This document shows positions 9,791-20,474 of a stretch of DNA of 64,000 bases, piece after piece (within the stretch, counting starts at the first letter, position 1; every line of letters starts with the position of its first letter). Location: IMG/VR virus record IMGVR_UViG_3300031269_000004; one strand, given 5' to 3'. The notes below the pieces were generated by a model. That model made no database searches. It was not told the DNA's origin and saw nothing but the letters and a program-made list of their open reading frames with translations. The position numbers were made by a program, and so were the translations under genes. This DNA is from an uncultured virus (IMG/VR IMGVR_UViG_3300031269_000004) (Duplodnaviria > Heunggongvirae > Uroviricota > Caudoviricetes).

Positions 9791-11271
9791 TTAGACTTTC
9801 GCAATTAACCGCACTACACATAAGTGATCAAGACATAGCTCGAGACCTTGATGTGTCACCAAAATTATACCTGTACGAATCAAACCAGGCAGTACGTAAA
9901 GATAAACTTTTAGTTCAAGAAGACACTTCACCATTGCAACAAATGACAAGAGGTGGCGCACTGGCAACAATGTTTTCTAATGTCCTGCTTGGTACTGCAA
10001 ACTTTTATCCTGAGCAAGGCCTGTCAATAGATGACTATCACACCGACAGTCTACTGCAAACAAAGCTGAACGATAGTACCCTGCCTGTTATTGAATATAA
10101 GCAGGCAACGCTTTACTTTAGTCAAGGCTCTTTGGCTGACCAAACTGTACTTGGTCACTATGTACGTATTTTTTGCAAACTGTCAAATGGATCAGAAGTT
10201 ACGTTAGCTTCAGTCGTTGACTTCTTAAACGATAGCGCAGTTACAGCACAAACACCTAAGCTTTTTGAGTCTCAGGTCTGGAATGAAGGTATTAAGATTG
10301 AATTTATAGACGTTGAGTATTTGCTTAATTCAGGAGTTACTGAAATTGATGCAGTTAAAACTGCAATTTTTGGTAACAGTAGACCTACGGAGGTCATGAT
10401 AGAGTATAGTGCATTTGGTGCTGACGCTGTAGACCAGTTTACTCAAAATGGTTTTCAGTTTACTAGACTAAACTTTCAAGTTGTTAATCAACAAAGCTTT
10501 CCTGTTACATTCGAAACACAGGCACTAGTGGCTCAACTGTCACTAGACCAAGATGGTTTTGTTATTACATCTAGACTCATACATCAAAGATTTGATGTTA
10601 CTGCATATCTCAATACACTGAAAGCAGAAGAAGAAACATATAGGGTTGAACATCAGGTGCTTGTTACATCATATGACAGTTCAGATGTTTTACTTACAAC
10701 GACAAAGCTTGCAATGCGAGCATTCGACGATCAGCCTTTTGATGGGCAGCTGCTAAGGCCTCTATGTGACCTGCAGGCTGATCACTTTAAGCTTGACGTT
10801 ACGATTGTAGTACAAAATAGACAAACTGGTCTTACGCATAAGTCTTCAAATTCAATAGTTGTTACTGCTAACGAGGTCGGTAAATTTAAAGCTGCAGCAA
10901 CAATTGAACTAACAGGCATGACTTCTGATATATTGCAAACTGTTGTTAACAGACAAGTAAATCAAATAGTAACATCACCAGAAGTGCCACGCATTATTCA
11001 GCTAGAAAGAAAAGTGTATGTCATTGCTCAACCGTTAAAAGAATTGCAATTGATTGATGCAGACTTTACTGCAAGAATAACAGTTGCACAAGATGTTGCA
11101 GGTAACAGCAAGCTTTTCCTGCAAATAGATCAGTTAGTTATTGAAAGCGAACAGTCTGAATTGCTAACTTTTATGATACCAAAGTTTGCATACAGCACAA
11201 ATTCTGCTTCGTATACTTTGCTTGATCAAAATAGCAGGGCTATTTCTACTGGCAAAATAACTAAACAATAG
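9787..11271 (+). CDS. putative virion structural protein
   Basis: 494 aa, beta-strand-rich composition; function inferred only. Confidence 0.45.
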   Translation: MIRLSQLTALHISDQDIARDLDVSPKLYLYESNQAVRKDKLLVQEDTSPLQQMTRGGALATMFSNVLLGTANFYPEQGLSIDDYHTDSLLQTKLNDSTLPVIEYKQATLYFSQGSLADQTVLGHYVRIFCKLSNGSEVTLASVVDFLNDSAVTAQTPKLFESQVWNEGIKIEFIDVEYLLNSGVTEIDAVKTAIFGNSRPTEVMIEYSAFGADAVDQFTQNGFQFTRLNFQVVNQQSFPVTFETQALVAQLSLDQDGFVITSRLIHQRFDVTAYLNTLKAEEETYRVEHQVLVTSYDSSDVLLTTTKLAMRAFDDQPFDGQLLRPLCDLQADHFKLDVTIVVQNRQTGLTHKSSNSIVVTANEVGKFKAAATIELTGMTSDILQTVVNRQVNQIVTSPEVPRIIQLERKVYVIAQPLKELQLIDADFTARITVAQDVAGNSKLFLQIDQLVIESEQSELLTFMIPKFAYSTNSASYTLLDQNSRAISTGKITKQ

Positions 11272-11274
11272 CAC

Positions 11275-11309
11275 AAAAAAAGACTGCAATGTACAGTGCA
11301 GTCTTTTTT
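11275..11309. terminator. bidirectional terminator between convergent genes
   Basis: A-run AGACTGCA..TGCAGTCT T-run. Confidence 0.85.
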
Positions 11310-11316
11310 GTTTTTC

Positions 11317-12249
11317 TTACTTTTCTTCGAAAGTTATCTTAATTTTTGGTTCAAAATCAGATGGCAGTTGATCAACAATGCCCTTAAAGTTTTCAGTGTA
11401 GTTTTTCATAATTACAAGGTGAAAGCTGTTGTTCTTTGGATCAAGAATCATTTGTGATGTTGTTGCAAGTTTTTTAGTTGTTCTTAAAGGATTAAGATTC
11501 GATTCAGACTTAAATGGCTGCTCTCTCATATTAACTAAAATGTCAGCAGTCGATAGACTATCTCCTAGTATTTGCTCAGATTTTGTTTTTCTTGTCGTTG
11601 ATGATTTAAAATTAGGACCTTCTGTATAGCCAGCCTCTGCATGAATATCTGAATGATTAGTATACACCACTGTATCTAAGCCATCTAGTGAAGTTGTAAC
11701 AGCAGGGTGTTCTGATGTTGAACTAATAGTGTACAATTGATCGTCATTAGCAATAATCGTATTACCGTGGATGCCTGTTTTCCAAGTCTTAGCAAAGTGT
11801 AATGCATCTTCTATCGTTTGCATTGTTAGCGCCTTGATTATTTTTTCACCGTCAGCAGATGTCTTAGTATCAACTTTTCTACCTTTAGCCTTGTCGTCTT
11901 TACCTTTTTTACCTTTGTCAGTGCCTATGTTTTCATCTGCTAGGCTTAATGATGAGTTGACAATACAAATACCATTAGCATTCATACCTTCACTCCAGCC
12001 AGTATCATCATCTCTTAGGTATACAACTTCCATGCCGTTAATTACTGTATGGACAATTGAACAATTGACGTTGTATGCTCGATCTCTATGCTTTACAATA
12101 ACATAAGATTTTGATGCCGCTTCGTCATGTTCGCCTTTATCGTTAATTGTAAGACGTCTTGCTGCTATAACACATTCGTTAATGGCATTAGCAGTTGCTG
12201 AATTTAGCTTTTTTAGTGACTCGTTCATGAAAAATGACAGTGGCTTCAT
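11317..12249 (-). CDS. Ntn-hydrolase (C45/choloylglycine hydrolase/NRDE-like) with CTS-like leader
   Basis: C-VIAA...VIVKHRDR, GWSEGMNANGICIVNS, TNHS motifs; leader MKPLSFFMNES; TATACATA upstream on minus strand. Confidence 0.65.
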   Translation of the reverse strand: MKPLSFFMNESLKKLNSATANAINECVIAARRLTINDKGEHDEAASKSYVIVKHRDRAYNVNCSIVHTVINGMEVVYLRDDDTGWSEGMNANGICIVNSSLSLADENIGTDKGKKGKDDKAKGRKVDTKTSADGEKIIKALTMQTIEDALHFAKTWKTGIHGNTIIANDDQLYTISSTSEHPAVTTSLDGLDTVVYTNHSDIHAEAGYTEGPNFKSSTTRKTKSEQILGDSLSTADILVNMREQPFKSESNLNPLRTTKKLATTSQMILDPKNNSFHLVIMKNYTENFKGIVDQLPSDFEPKIKITFEEK

Positions 12250-12361
12250 ATTCAAATTGATAGTTAGATTATTTTAATATGTATACATTACAAGAATTGA
12301 TGAGTTTTGATTCAAACTCAATATCAAGTATATTGTTTAATTTACAAATACTAAATAGCAA

Positions 12362-15300
12362 ATGCCAGAAAAGGAACCAACATCATACACCAAAAAGCTT
12401 TCAGCCCTAAATATTTATCAAAAAGAAGAAAATAATCAGCTAAGACTAGAAGACCTTGATCGAGAGGACATGCATTTTAAAATGCGAACTGGTGCTGATA
12501 TCTTAATTGAAGAAAACGGCATACATGTGCCAAATCCATTTAAGTTCAGTGTACAAGATGTTTATGACTGGTCACAAAAAGAGTCTGAAAACTTTGACGT
12601 TGTATTAGACAATTATCTTAAATGGCACAAGGCAGTAAAACATAGATACGATCGTGATATTGTACCAACTTACAAGCCTTACTTTGAGCATGATGGATTT
12701 CAAGACCGAACAGACTTTAAGAATCCTGATGAAATACTAGTTTTTCTTCGTGATAGAATAGAACACCTTAGACATAATGACGCATCAGTTGATGCTTGGG
12801 CTGAAATCGAACATCGCAGAAAAAATGTTTTCGACATACTATACTATCAAGGCAATAAAAACTTAGAAGATGCCAAGCTTAAACTATACTTGCATGACTT
12901 TTCGCTAACAAATACTGTAACTGTACTACAATCTGTAAAAGAAGGTGAGCAGGTAGGAAAAGAAAAGCGACCTTATTACGAACATCAGCAAAGACAATAC
13001 ACCTTAGGTGAATGTATTGAAATGATGTCTTCTGCCACAATTAATCAACGAAACAAAACAGCAAGACCACTTGTTATGCCAAACACAACTGGTCGTCGTA
13101 TTGTTGGTGAAGATGTTTATGGTCATTGGTCGGGTTTACAAATTTTTGATATTGATACTAAGTTTTCACCAAGCTTTTTAGAAAATTATAAAGATGCCAG
13201 CGAAATTCGTGACATACTTTTTGATAAGCTAAAGCACTACCCTTGGCTAATTGGTATTACGGTCAGTGCCAGTAAGCGCGGTCTTCACATTTATACTAAA
13301 GTATCAAGAATGCACCACTTGTTTGTTGAGCCAGAAGCAAACAACAAAAACGCAAAGTACTGGTATAGAATGTCATACATGCAAAAACATGCCGCTATAG
13401 CATACTGTATTGACAAGTTTACAAAAGTTGATGACATCTATACAAATAAACAGGTCGTTGATACTTCTTTGGCTAGACCGGCTCAAGGTATTGCTATGAA
13501 TTATGATCCTGAAGCCAGGTGGAACAGCAACTTTATTGATCTGTATCCTGTGCTATTCTATCATATACCGCCTGTTGCTGACATTCCAGTCGATGCATGG
13601 CTAATGCTACCAGCAATACAAGATAAATATCAAAGTTGGGCATACGACAATGCGGTTAATGACAATGACAATGTAGAAGTACAAAAGCAACAAGGTCAGC
13701 TACAAATTATTATTGATGAAAACGATACAGTTGATGGTGTAACTGCTATTGACATGGATAGTCTAGACAAAGGTGACAAATACAACACACGTTGGCGACT
13801 TTGCAACACGATTATATATGCATACGGTGATACTGAAATGGGTAGGCAATTGTGTCATCACATTCTACAAACAAAAAAGACAGGAACACAAGGAACAATT
13901 AATAGCTTTATTCGATCTGCTGTAGTAAACAGAAAAGATGCTGACTTGTATACAATAAAACAGCTTAAGCGTTTAGGTTTACATATTGGTATTGAAGAAG
14001 AGTCATTAGCGGAAATTGCAAACGATACAGTAAGTCAACTTAAATTTACACTGGACACTTCTGACTATGGTTTTAGACAAACCCAGCCTGACATCAACGT
14101 TAAGCTTGCAAATCACGAATATTTAGGGATGCAAATGAAAAAGATGATTTCGCATATGCAGGACTTTAAAATTAATGTTATTGAAAGTGCACCAAACACT
14201 GGCAAAACTGAATTCTTTAAGCAGTTGGCAAAAACTGCAACAGTTTGTCTAGTCATACCATTTACTTCCACAATAGAAAGTAAGATCGTGTCAGACGAAA
14301 GCATTAATGAACTATTTGATGTCTACTATGGTGACAAGTCTATAAAAGACATGAGAAAAGGAAGAAGCGCAGTAATGACATTCGATAAGTTTTCGATGAT
14401 GTCAAAGTCTAAATATTCAATGTTTAAGTTTATTGCAGTTGATGAGTCACATTTATTGTTTACTTCTACGTATAGATTACCTGTAGTATCACAAACAATT
14501 GAAAACATACGCACATATTTGCATGAGGATATGAACGAAGTTAAAAATGCATTGTCAAGCGTAATGTCAGTGCAAAGTCTTATGTCTTTTGTTAAAGAAC
14601 CAACTATACAAAAAGCGACAACTAAGTTTATACTAATGTCTGGTACACTAACAGGTGAAATTGACTACTTTAAGTTTTATCAGCTGCTAAACTACATTAA
14701 GGTTCGTAAACTACACCCATACAAAAAGGAGGCCCAATTCATACTAAGCAGAAGTAGTCAGACTAGAGATATTAGACTATTTGAACATATTGCAAGTGTT
14801 ATTGGTTCAGGTGGTAAGATTATACACCCAACCAATAAAGGTGATGCCTACGCAAAAAAGGTTGTTGCCTGTGTAGAACATATTTTAGGTCGAACAGTTA
14901 AGTATGAATACTATAAGCGAGCAAATGCAGATGAGGATTTCTTGCAGGCAATTAATAAAGACACAACAGTTAATGACATAGAAATTCTATTTTGCTCAGA
15001 CTACTTGTCTGTTGGTATTGACATTAAGGATCAAGGTGACTTTAATATCGTATTTTCAAATGACTTTACGGCTGAAGCAATAGAGCAATTCAATAACAGA
15101 TTGCGATCAACAGACATTAATTGCAAAATATTTTATGACATACTAGACCAAGAAGGCTTGCAAAAGCCAAACATCATTAATACAAATCAAATTGAGTACA
15201 CATACAATGATGAACTAAAAAGTATGATTGAAGATGAACAGGCAATTGCTAGGCTACAACGTGTCATCCAAGACAAGTCACAATATTTTGCAGTCCTTGG

Positions 15301-16339
15301 TGAATTGTTTTCCAAGTATTTTGTTCAAGACTTTGCAGGCAATATAAAATACATTAGGTCTGCTTTTGAAATAGAACAGTTTGAGTTGCAGTATAGTACA
15401 ATTGCCCGTTCACTTTTGTACATTAAAACAAGTCTGCAACGAAAGTATGAATATACGATTTCAGTTAAAATGACAGAAGAGGTTACTGATGATGAAATAG
15501 ACGTGTATCAATCGTTAATGAAAGAGGCTAAAGCAGAACACGATAGAATAAAGTCAGAATCTTTTATTGAGTTAGTTGACTTTCTATCACAAGATCAAGT
15601 CTATAATGCGGTCATAACTGGAAATGTAAAGTATAACAAAGACACAGATGACATACCGGTTACTGATCTTGGTTTGCATCTTGGTTACGATCCTAACTAT
15701 CTTAATGGTTCTTTTATCATTACATGGAATAAAAGACACAAACTTATGCTAGATCATGCAAAGAAATTCGTAAAGAAAATGCGAAAACTATATGCACATC
15801 AGACAACAAACAGCATAGTTGAATCATGTCTTAAATCTGGCGGTCTAATAAATAAAACAGATATTAAGAGATACGAAAGACTTATGGGTTTACTTTTCGA
15901 TGATCGAAAGCATACCCTGTCACCAAGCACAAGGTCGATACTAAAGCTTGCGTATAAATATGTTGCAACGAATGATGAAAAGACAAAGTTGACAAGAGAG
16001 GATTATGACAATATGAAGCTTGACATTAAAGAACGTTTACAGGAACAATTTAATGAAATGACAGAATATATGCTAAAGTCAAAAAGAAGACAAGAAGGAT
16101 TGCAATTGCTTGTTGGTAAATTCGTTGATACATTGTTTCACAAAAATGTTGGCCAAGAATATGTAACTATTAGCTTTAGAAAAATATTCAAGTTTGACTC
16201 CGACCTCGTACAACAAACAATAAAACGAGACAAGATTTTCCACAAAATACTGCTAAACGAAGAGTATGATAAAGACCAATATGAAGTTAACGTATTGTCT
16301 GAATCACACCTGTCACAAGATATTGCATTAATCTCATAA
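12362..16339 (+). CDS. primase-polymerase-like domain fused to SF2-like helicase
   Basis: IFDID and SASKRGLHIY (AEP/BT4734-like); APNTGKT Walker A, DESH, MSGT, VGIDI, QFNNRLR. Confidence 0.65.
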   Translation: MPEKEPTSYTKKLSALNIYQKEENNQLRLEDLDREDMHFKMRTGADILIEENGIHVPNPFKFSVQDVYDWSQKESENFDVVLDNYLKWHKAVKHRYDRDIVPTYKPYFEHDGFQDRTDFKNPDEILVFLRDRIEHLRHNDASVDAWAEIEHRRKNVFDILYYQGNKNLEDAKLKLYLHDFSLTNTVTVLQSVKEGEQVGKEKRPYYEHQQRQYTLGECIEMMSSATINQRNKTARPLVMPNTTGRRIVGEDVYGHWSGLQIFDIDTKFSPSFLENYKDASEIRDILFDKLKHYPWLIGITVSASKRGLHIYTKVSRMHHLFVEPEANNKNAKYWYRMSYMQKHAAIAYCIDKFTKVDDIYTNKQVVDTSLARPAQGIAMNYDPEARWNSNFIDLYPVLFYHIPPVADIPVDAWLMLPAIQDKYQSWAYDNAVNDNDNVEVQKQQGQLQIIIDENDTVDGVTAIDMDSLDKGDKYNTRWRLCNTIIYAYGDTEMGRQLCHHILQTKKTGTQGTINSFIRSAVVNRKDADLYTIKQLKRLGLHIGIEEESLAEIANDTVSQLKFTLDTSDYGFRQTQPDINVKLANHEYLGMQMKKMISHMQDFKINVIESAPNTGKTEFFKQLAKTATVCLVIPFTSTIESKIVSDESINELFDVYYGDKSIKDMRKGRSAVMTFDKFSMMSKSKYSMFKFIAVDESHLLFTSTYRLPVVSQTIENIRTYLHEDMNEVKNALSSVMSVQSLMSFVKEPTIQKATTKFILMSGTLTGEIDYFKFYQLLNYIKVRKLHPYKKEAQFILSRSSQTRDIRLFEHIASVIGSGGKIIHPTNKGDAYAKKVVACVEHILGRTVKYEYYKRANADEDFLQAINKDTTVNDIEILFCSDYLSVGIDIKDQGDFNIVFSNDFTAEAIEQFNNRLRSTDINCKIFYDILDQEGLQKPNIINTNQIEYTYNDELKSMIEDEQAIARLQRVIQDKSQYFAVLGELFSKYFVQDFAGNIKYIRSAFEIEQFELQYSTIARSLLYIKTSLQRKYEYTISVKMTEEVTDDEIDVYQSLMKEAKAEHDRIKSESFIELVDFLSQDQVYNAVITGNVKYNKDTDDIPVTDLGLHLGYDPNYLNGSFIITWNKRHKLMLDHAKKFVKKMRKLYAHQTTNSIVESCLKSGGLINKTDIKRYERLMGLLFDDRKHTLSPSTRSILKLAYKYVATNDEKTKLTREDYDNMKLDIKERLQEQFNEMTEYMLKSKRRQEGLQLLVGKFVDTLFHKNVGQEYVTISFRKIFKFDSDLVQQTIKRDKIFHKILLNEEYDKDQYEVNVLSESHLSQDIALIS

Positions 16340-16412
16340 TATTTATGCCTACACAAGACCAAACTAGCACAAAATAGTTAAATTTACTAACAACAAATGC
16401 AACAATTAATTT

Positions 16413-17903
16413 ATGGAAATTTACGAACTACGCGACTTGCGTACAAAGTGTCAAATTGACATAGACCAGATAGATGGTCTTACTACTACTGACCTTGATT
16501 TGTATCTTTATCATTTTCCACTACAAAAAAAGCTGGCATACGCATATCTAAAAGAAGTTAGTACTGTAAAGTTATCAGTTTTGCATGAACTGTTTAGTCA
16601 GTTTGGTGACATTGACTATTTTAGTTCAGCAATACATACCGAAAGACAGATAGACCCTGCCTATGCTAAAGTAACAAAAAAATACGTAAGAAATCCGTGG
16701 ATATGGATTACTGCTATGCAAACAGTCCAGCCTTACCTTTTTGATGCTAAATACTTACTAGTTGGTGAATTTCAAAATGTAGCAAAAAAATGTGTGGATG
16801 ACTTTTATAAAGCTCAACTAATGCACTACACAGTATCATACAATAAGCTAAAAACGATTGATCATATGGAGGGTCATAATCAATGGTTTATTGATAGACG
16901 TGATATTGAAAAGTCATTTTTCAATGACATCTTGAAGCGATTTCATTTTAACCAAAAGCTTAGAGTCAAGTGGTACTACAAGTTTATTGAATTTTACGAT
17001 GAGTCATCAACACTAACATTACAATTTGAAATAGGAAGATACGAAACAAAAATGCGTATTATTTGGCCACCGGGTAACCGTAAGCAAAGCAGAGAAGACA
17101 GTCAATTTCAAGTTATGAAAATGTTGCAACGATATCCTGAGCTGTTTACCTTATACCACAGAATACACAACAACAGAAAAGACGTTGTACAATACTTTAA
17201 TAGTTTAGTTGCAAATGACAACAATAATTACTTAACATATCAAGTCTTAAAGGCTACGATGGTTGCCTTCTTAGAAGACCTACATAGTAACGAACCCGGT
17301 GCATATATTGAAAGTGAAGACATTATTGGTTACTTTGTGCATCATCAATCAGTCGAGAAAATAGCAATTAGACCTCAAGGTGGTCAGCTTAGATTTTATC
17401 GATATTGCAAAATATTAAATGACAAATATGGCAGAAGTGACATCTTGTCATATAGTTCATATAAGCTAAACGAAAAAGAAATAGGGAATCAGGCAACTGA
17501 ACTATTAAGAATGGGTATGGTCAACATTGGTTCAACTAAACATGCACATCAATTGCTAGATTATGAATTATTGGCAACTGAACGTGCTAACGAGTTTGCT
17601 TTGCAATTCTTTAAGTTGCCATCAAGGCAGGCTGGTGAATTTTTTGCAGATTATGAAATGTTGCTTGACTTATTAGATGGCGAAGTTAGATACTTAGCAG
17701 CAGAAGGCGCTAATGCAGAAGACACAAGAGATACCGAACCACCTGTTCAAGATTGGGTTAGTACATATTTTGAATGGCTTGCAAAAGAAAGAGACCCTAA
17801 AGTGTTTGCAGAAGAAAGAGAAATGAGGCTAAACGCAAAAAGAAAAAGAATTCGAGAATTCACAGAAACAAATAAAGCATTATTGCAAAAATTCACAAAA
17901 TGA
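16413..17903 (+). CDS. hypothetical protein
   Basis: 496-aa ORF, no motif recognised. Confidence 0.7.
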   Translation: MEIYELRDLRTKCQIDIDQIDGLTTTDLDLYLYHFPLQKKLAYAYLKEVSTVKLSVLHELFSQFGDIDYFSSAIHTERQIDPAYAKVTKKYVRNPWIWITAMQTVQPYLFDAKYLLVGEFQNVAKKCVDDFYKAQLMHYTVSYNKLKTIDHMEGHNQWFIDRRDIEKSFFNDILKRFHFNQKLRVKWYYKFIEFYDESSTLTLQFEIGRYETKMRIIWPPGNRKQSREDSQFQVMKMLQRYPELFTLYHRIHNNRKDVVQYFNSLVANDNNNYLTYQVLKATMVAFLEDLHSNEPGAYIESEDIIGYFVHHQSVEKIAIRPQGGQLRFYRYCKILNDKYGRSDILSYSSYKLNEKEIGNQATELLRMGMVNIGSTKHAHQLLDYELLATERANEFALQFFKLPSRQAGEFFADYEMLLDLLDGEVRYLAAEGANAEDTRDTEPPVQDWVSTYFEWLAKERDPKVFAEEREMRLNAKRKRIREFTETNKALLQKFTK

Positions 17904-19063
17904 AAAAAATTAAAAGAGTAAGTTCACTGGTCGGTAATGGCTACGACACTATTATTATTGGTGCTGGCTTAGCAGGCGCAACTTGTGCACATCTTGATGC
18001 AATGAAAGGCAAACGTGTCCTACTTGTTGATAGAAGATCACACATTGCCGGCAACATTTATACTAAAAAGCAGGACGATATACACGTTCATAAATATGGT
18101 GCTCATTTGTTCCACACTAACGAACTGACTGTTTGGGAATTCCTAAATCAATTTTGTACATTTAGCGGTTACGAACACAAAGTTATGGCTGCAACAGGCA
18201 AAGAAACGGTAGTTTTACCTTTTACTATGGTCACTTTTATGCAATTGTTTAATGTACAAACAGTCATTGCAGTTAAGGCTAAAATATTGGAGGAAACAAC
18301 TGCATACTTCCCTGATGGCATACCGGAAAACCCAGCAAACTTTGAGTTGCAGGCTATTGCAATTGTAGGTACAACAGTCTACGAAAAGTTGATTAAACAC
18401 TACACAGAAAAGCAATGGGGTTGCAAAGCAACAGACTTGCCGCCTGAAATCATAAAGCGTTTACCTCTTCGTTGGAATTGTGACACTACATATTTTAATA
18501 ACGCAAAGTGGCAAGGTATACCACTACAAGGTTACACGGAAATGGTTGACAATATGCTTATGTCAAATAACATAGATGTCCTATTAGATTGTGACTTTTT
18601 AAAAAACAAAGATGAAATTTTAACATGTGGACTACCTGACTATAGCTTTATTTATACTGGAGCAATTGATGAATTGTTTGACTATGAATTTGGACACTTA
18701 GAGTATAGAACAGTTCGTTTTGTTGATAAGCTTTTACCTATTGATAACTTTCAAGGTACTTCTGTTGTAAACTTTACTGGACCAGAAAAGCCTTACACTA
18801 GGACTATTGAACATAAACATTTTGACCCTAACTGTACTGCTAAAAACACTATTGTTTCTACTGAATATGCAGAAGACTTTGTGCCAGGCAAAAATGAACC
18901 ATATTACCCAATAGGTCGACAAAGAAACAAAGAGCTATGGAAAAAATACGAAACATTGTTTAATTCAAAATACCAAAAAGGCATACTATTAGGAAGACTT
19001 GCTACATATCAATACTTAGATATGGATAAAGTGGTTAAGCAGGCATTGGACTTAAGGTCATAA
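17900..19063 (+). CDS. glf: UDP-galactopyranose mutase
   Basis: GAGLAG FAD motif, HKYGAHLFHT, YTEKQWG, EPYYP, GRLATYQYLDMD. Confidence 0.92.
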   Translation: MKKIKRVSSLVGNGYDTIIIGAGLAGATCAHLDAMKGKRVLLVDRRSHIAGNIYTKKQDDIHVHKYGAHLFHTNELTVWEFLNQFCTFSGYEHKVMAATGKETVVLPFTMVTFMQLFNVQTVIAVKAKILEETTAYFPDGIPENPANFELQAIAIVGTTVYEKLIKHYTEKQWGCKATDLPPEIIKRLPLRWNCDTTYFNNAKWQGIPLQGYTEMVDNMLMSNNIDVLLDCDFLKNKDEILTCGLPDYSFIYTGAIDELFDYEFGHLEYRTVRFVDKLLPIDNFQGTSVVNFTGPEKPYTRTIEHKHFDPNCTAKNTIVSTEYAEDFVPGKNEPYYPIGRQRNKELWKKYETLFNSKYQKGILLGRLATYQYLDMDKVVKQALDLRS

Positions 19064-19243
19064 AGAGGTTGTTAAAGTAAGTAAAGTTGTTGCATTCTTT
19101 GCTTGCGCAAATCGGCGGTTAATGTTAAAGTTAACCGCTCATTTTGTTAATAAATATGTACGTAAAAGTGGCTCTATATTAACTTATTTTATTATATTTA
19201 TATAAATATATAACATACTTCTAACTTACTAACTACTTTTCAA

Positions 19244-19483
19244 ATGTCAGATTTTACTAAAAACTTGGAAGTATCAAGGCTAATATTTGCTGGTTGCATA
19301 CATGATGCAACGGCACTGATAAAAGAGCTAACGACTAATGAATTACATGCTTCTATTAAACGTTGCACTTTTCTCATTAATGATACGAAATTCTCTAGTA
19401 TGGTCACTGTTAACCACATGGCTGGGCTGGCTGTTAAGAAAAAATTGGCAGAAGACACATTAGCAACTAGAAACATAACATAA
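19244..19483 (+). CDS. hypothetical protein
   Basis: ORF after a degenerate promoter copy (~19186-19213). Confidence 0.55.
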   Translation: MSDFTKNLEVSRLIFAGCIHDATALIKELTTNELHASIKRCTFLINDTKFSSMVTVNHMAGLAVKKKLAEDTLATRNIT

Positions 19484-19493
19484 ACTTTAAACT

Positions 19494-20465
19494 ATGCTTA
19501 CACATCAAGACGACCCATTAATTGCAGAATTTGAAACATTAACAGCTGGCGGCTTAAAATATCGAAAGAAAAGAATGCTAAAAGCTAAAATTGGCAAACC
19601 CTTTGCACTAGGTAATAACTCAATAGAGGTTATGCAAGTTTCAAATAAATACGTTAAGATATCTGAAGTATTTAACGGTCTAAACCAAGAACACAAAAGA
19701 TACACAATAGGCACTGCTCTTGAATACATTACATACAGGGAAAAGCAATTTATGTGTTGGCCGACTAATGATACTCAAATTGACGTTAGCACACAAACTA
19801 AACAATATCAACAGCAATACGACAACGTAGAGGAGTCTAGAATTGACATTTCTAACTATATTACAATTTGCTGGAAATCAGCATTTACTAAAGGGCAAGA
19901 AGAATGGCAAAGTAAAATTGAATTTGATGAAAAATCAATAACGATACTATTTGAAACAGGTTTTGTGTATGCTATTAAATATGACGAAAGAGGCACAGAC
20001 AGATATACAAGATTTCAATTAACACACAATCTTGAATCATACAGCGATAAATTATCACAGTCATACTGGCTAGCACAAAGAATATTGCAAAACTTTGCAA
20101 CGCTAATGTATCGAAATGAAGATATGATGTATTTGGTTGAATCTCAGGTTAATTGCAATGCCCAACTAAAAAAACTATATACTGAGCCAATAGAATCTGT
20201 TGATCCAAGACTGCTAGCTGACTTACACCATTTTATCCAAAGTGCAAGCAATGATACATATACATATGGATTATCCAGTGTATGTGGACTAGAACGAAGA
20301 ATGGATGTTATTCGAGTATCTGACAAACGAACTGCAGTTAAAATAATAGCATCAATAGACGGCAAAGAATTTTGTGAATACCGAAAAGACATAAACAAAA
20401 TTCAACATCACATTGAATATAATGCAACAATTATTGGCAAAATAGCCGAAAATCATAACTACTAA
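19494..20465 (+). CDS. hypothetical protein
   Basis: Long ORF. Confidence 0.7.
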   Translation: MLTHQDDPLIAEFETLTAGGLKYRKKRMLKAKIGKPFALGNNSIEVMQVSNKYVKISEVFNGLNQEHKRYTIGTALEYITYREKQFMCWPTNDTQIDVSTQTKQYQQQYDNVEESRIDISNYITICWKSAFTKGQEEWQSKIEFDEKSITILFETGFVYAIKYDERGTDRYTRFQLTHNLESYSDKLSQSYWLAQRILQNFATLMYRNEDMMYLVESQVNCNAQLKKLYTEPIESVDPRLLADLHHFIQSASNDTYTYGLSSVCGLERRMDVIRVSDKRTAVKIIASIDGKEFCEYRKDINKIQHHIEYNATIIGKIAENHNY

Positions 20466-20474
20466 CAACAGCAC

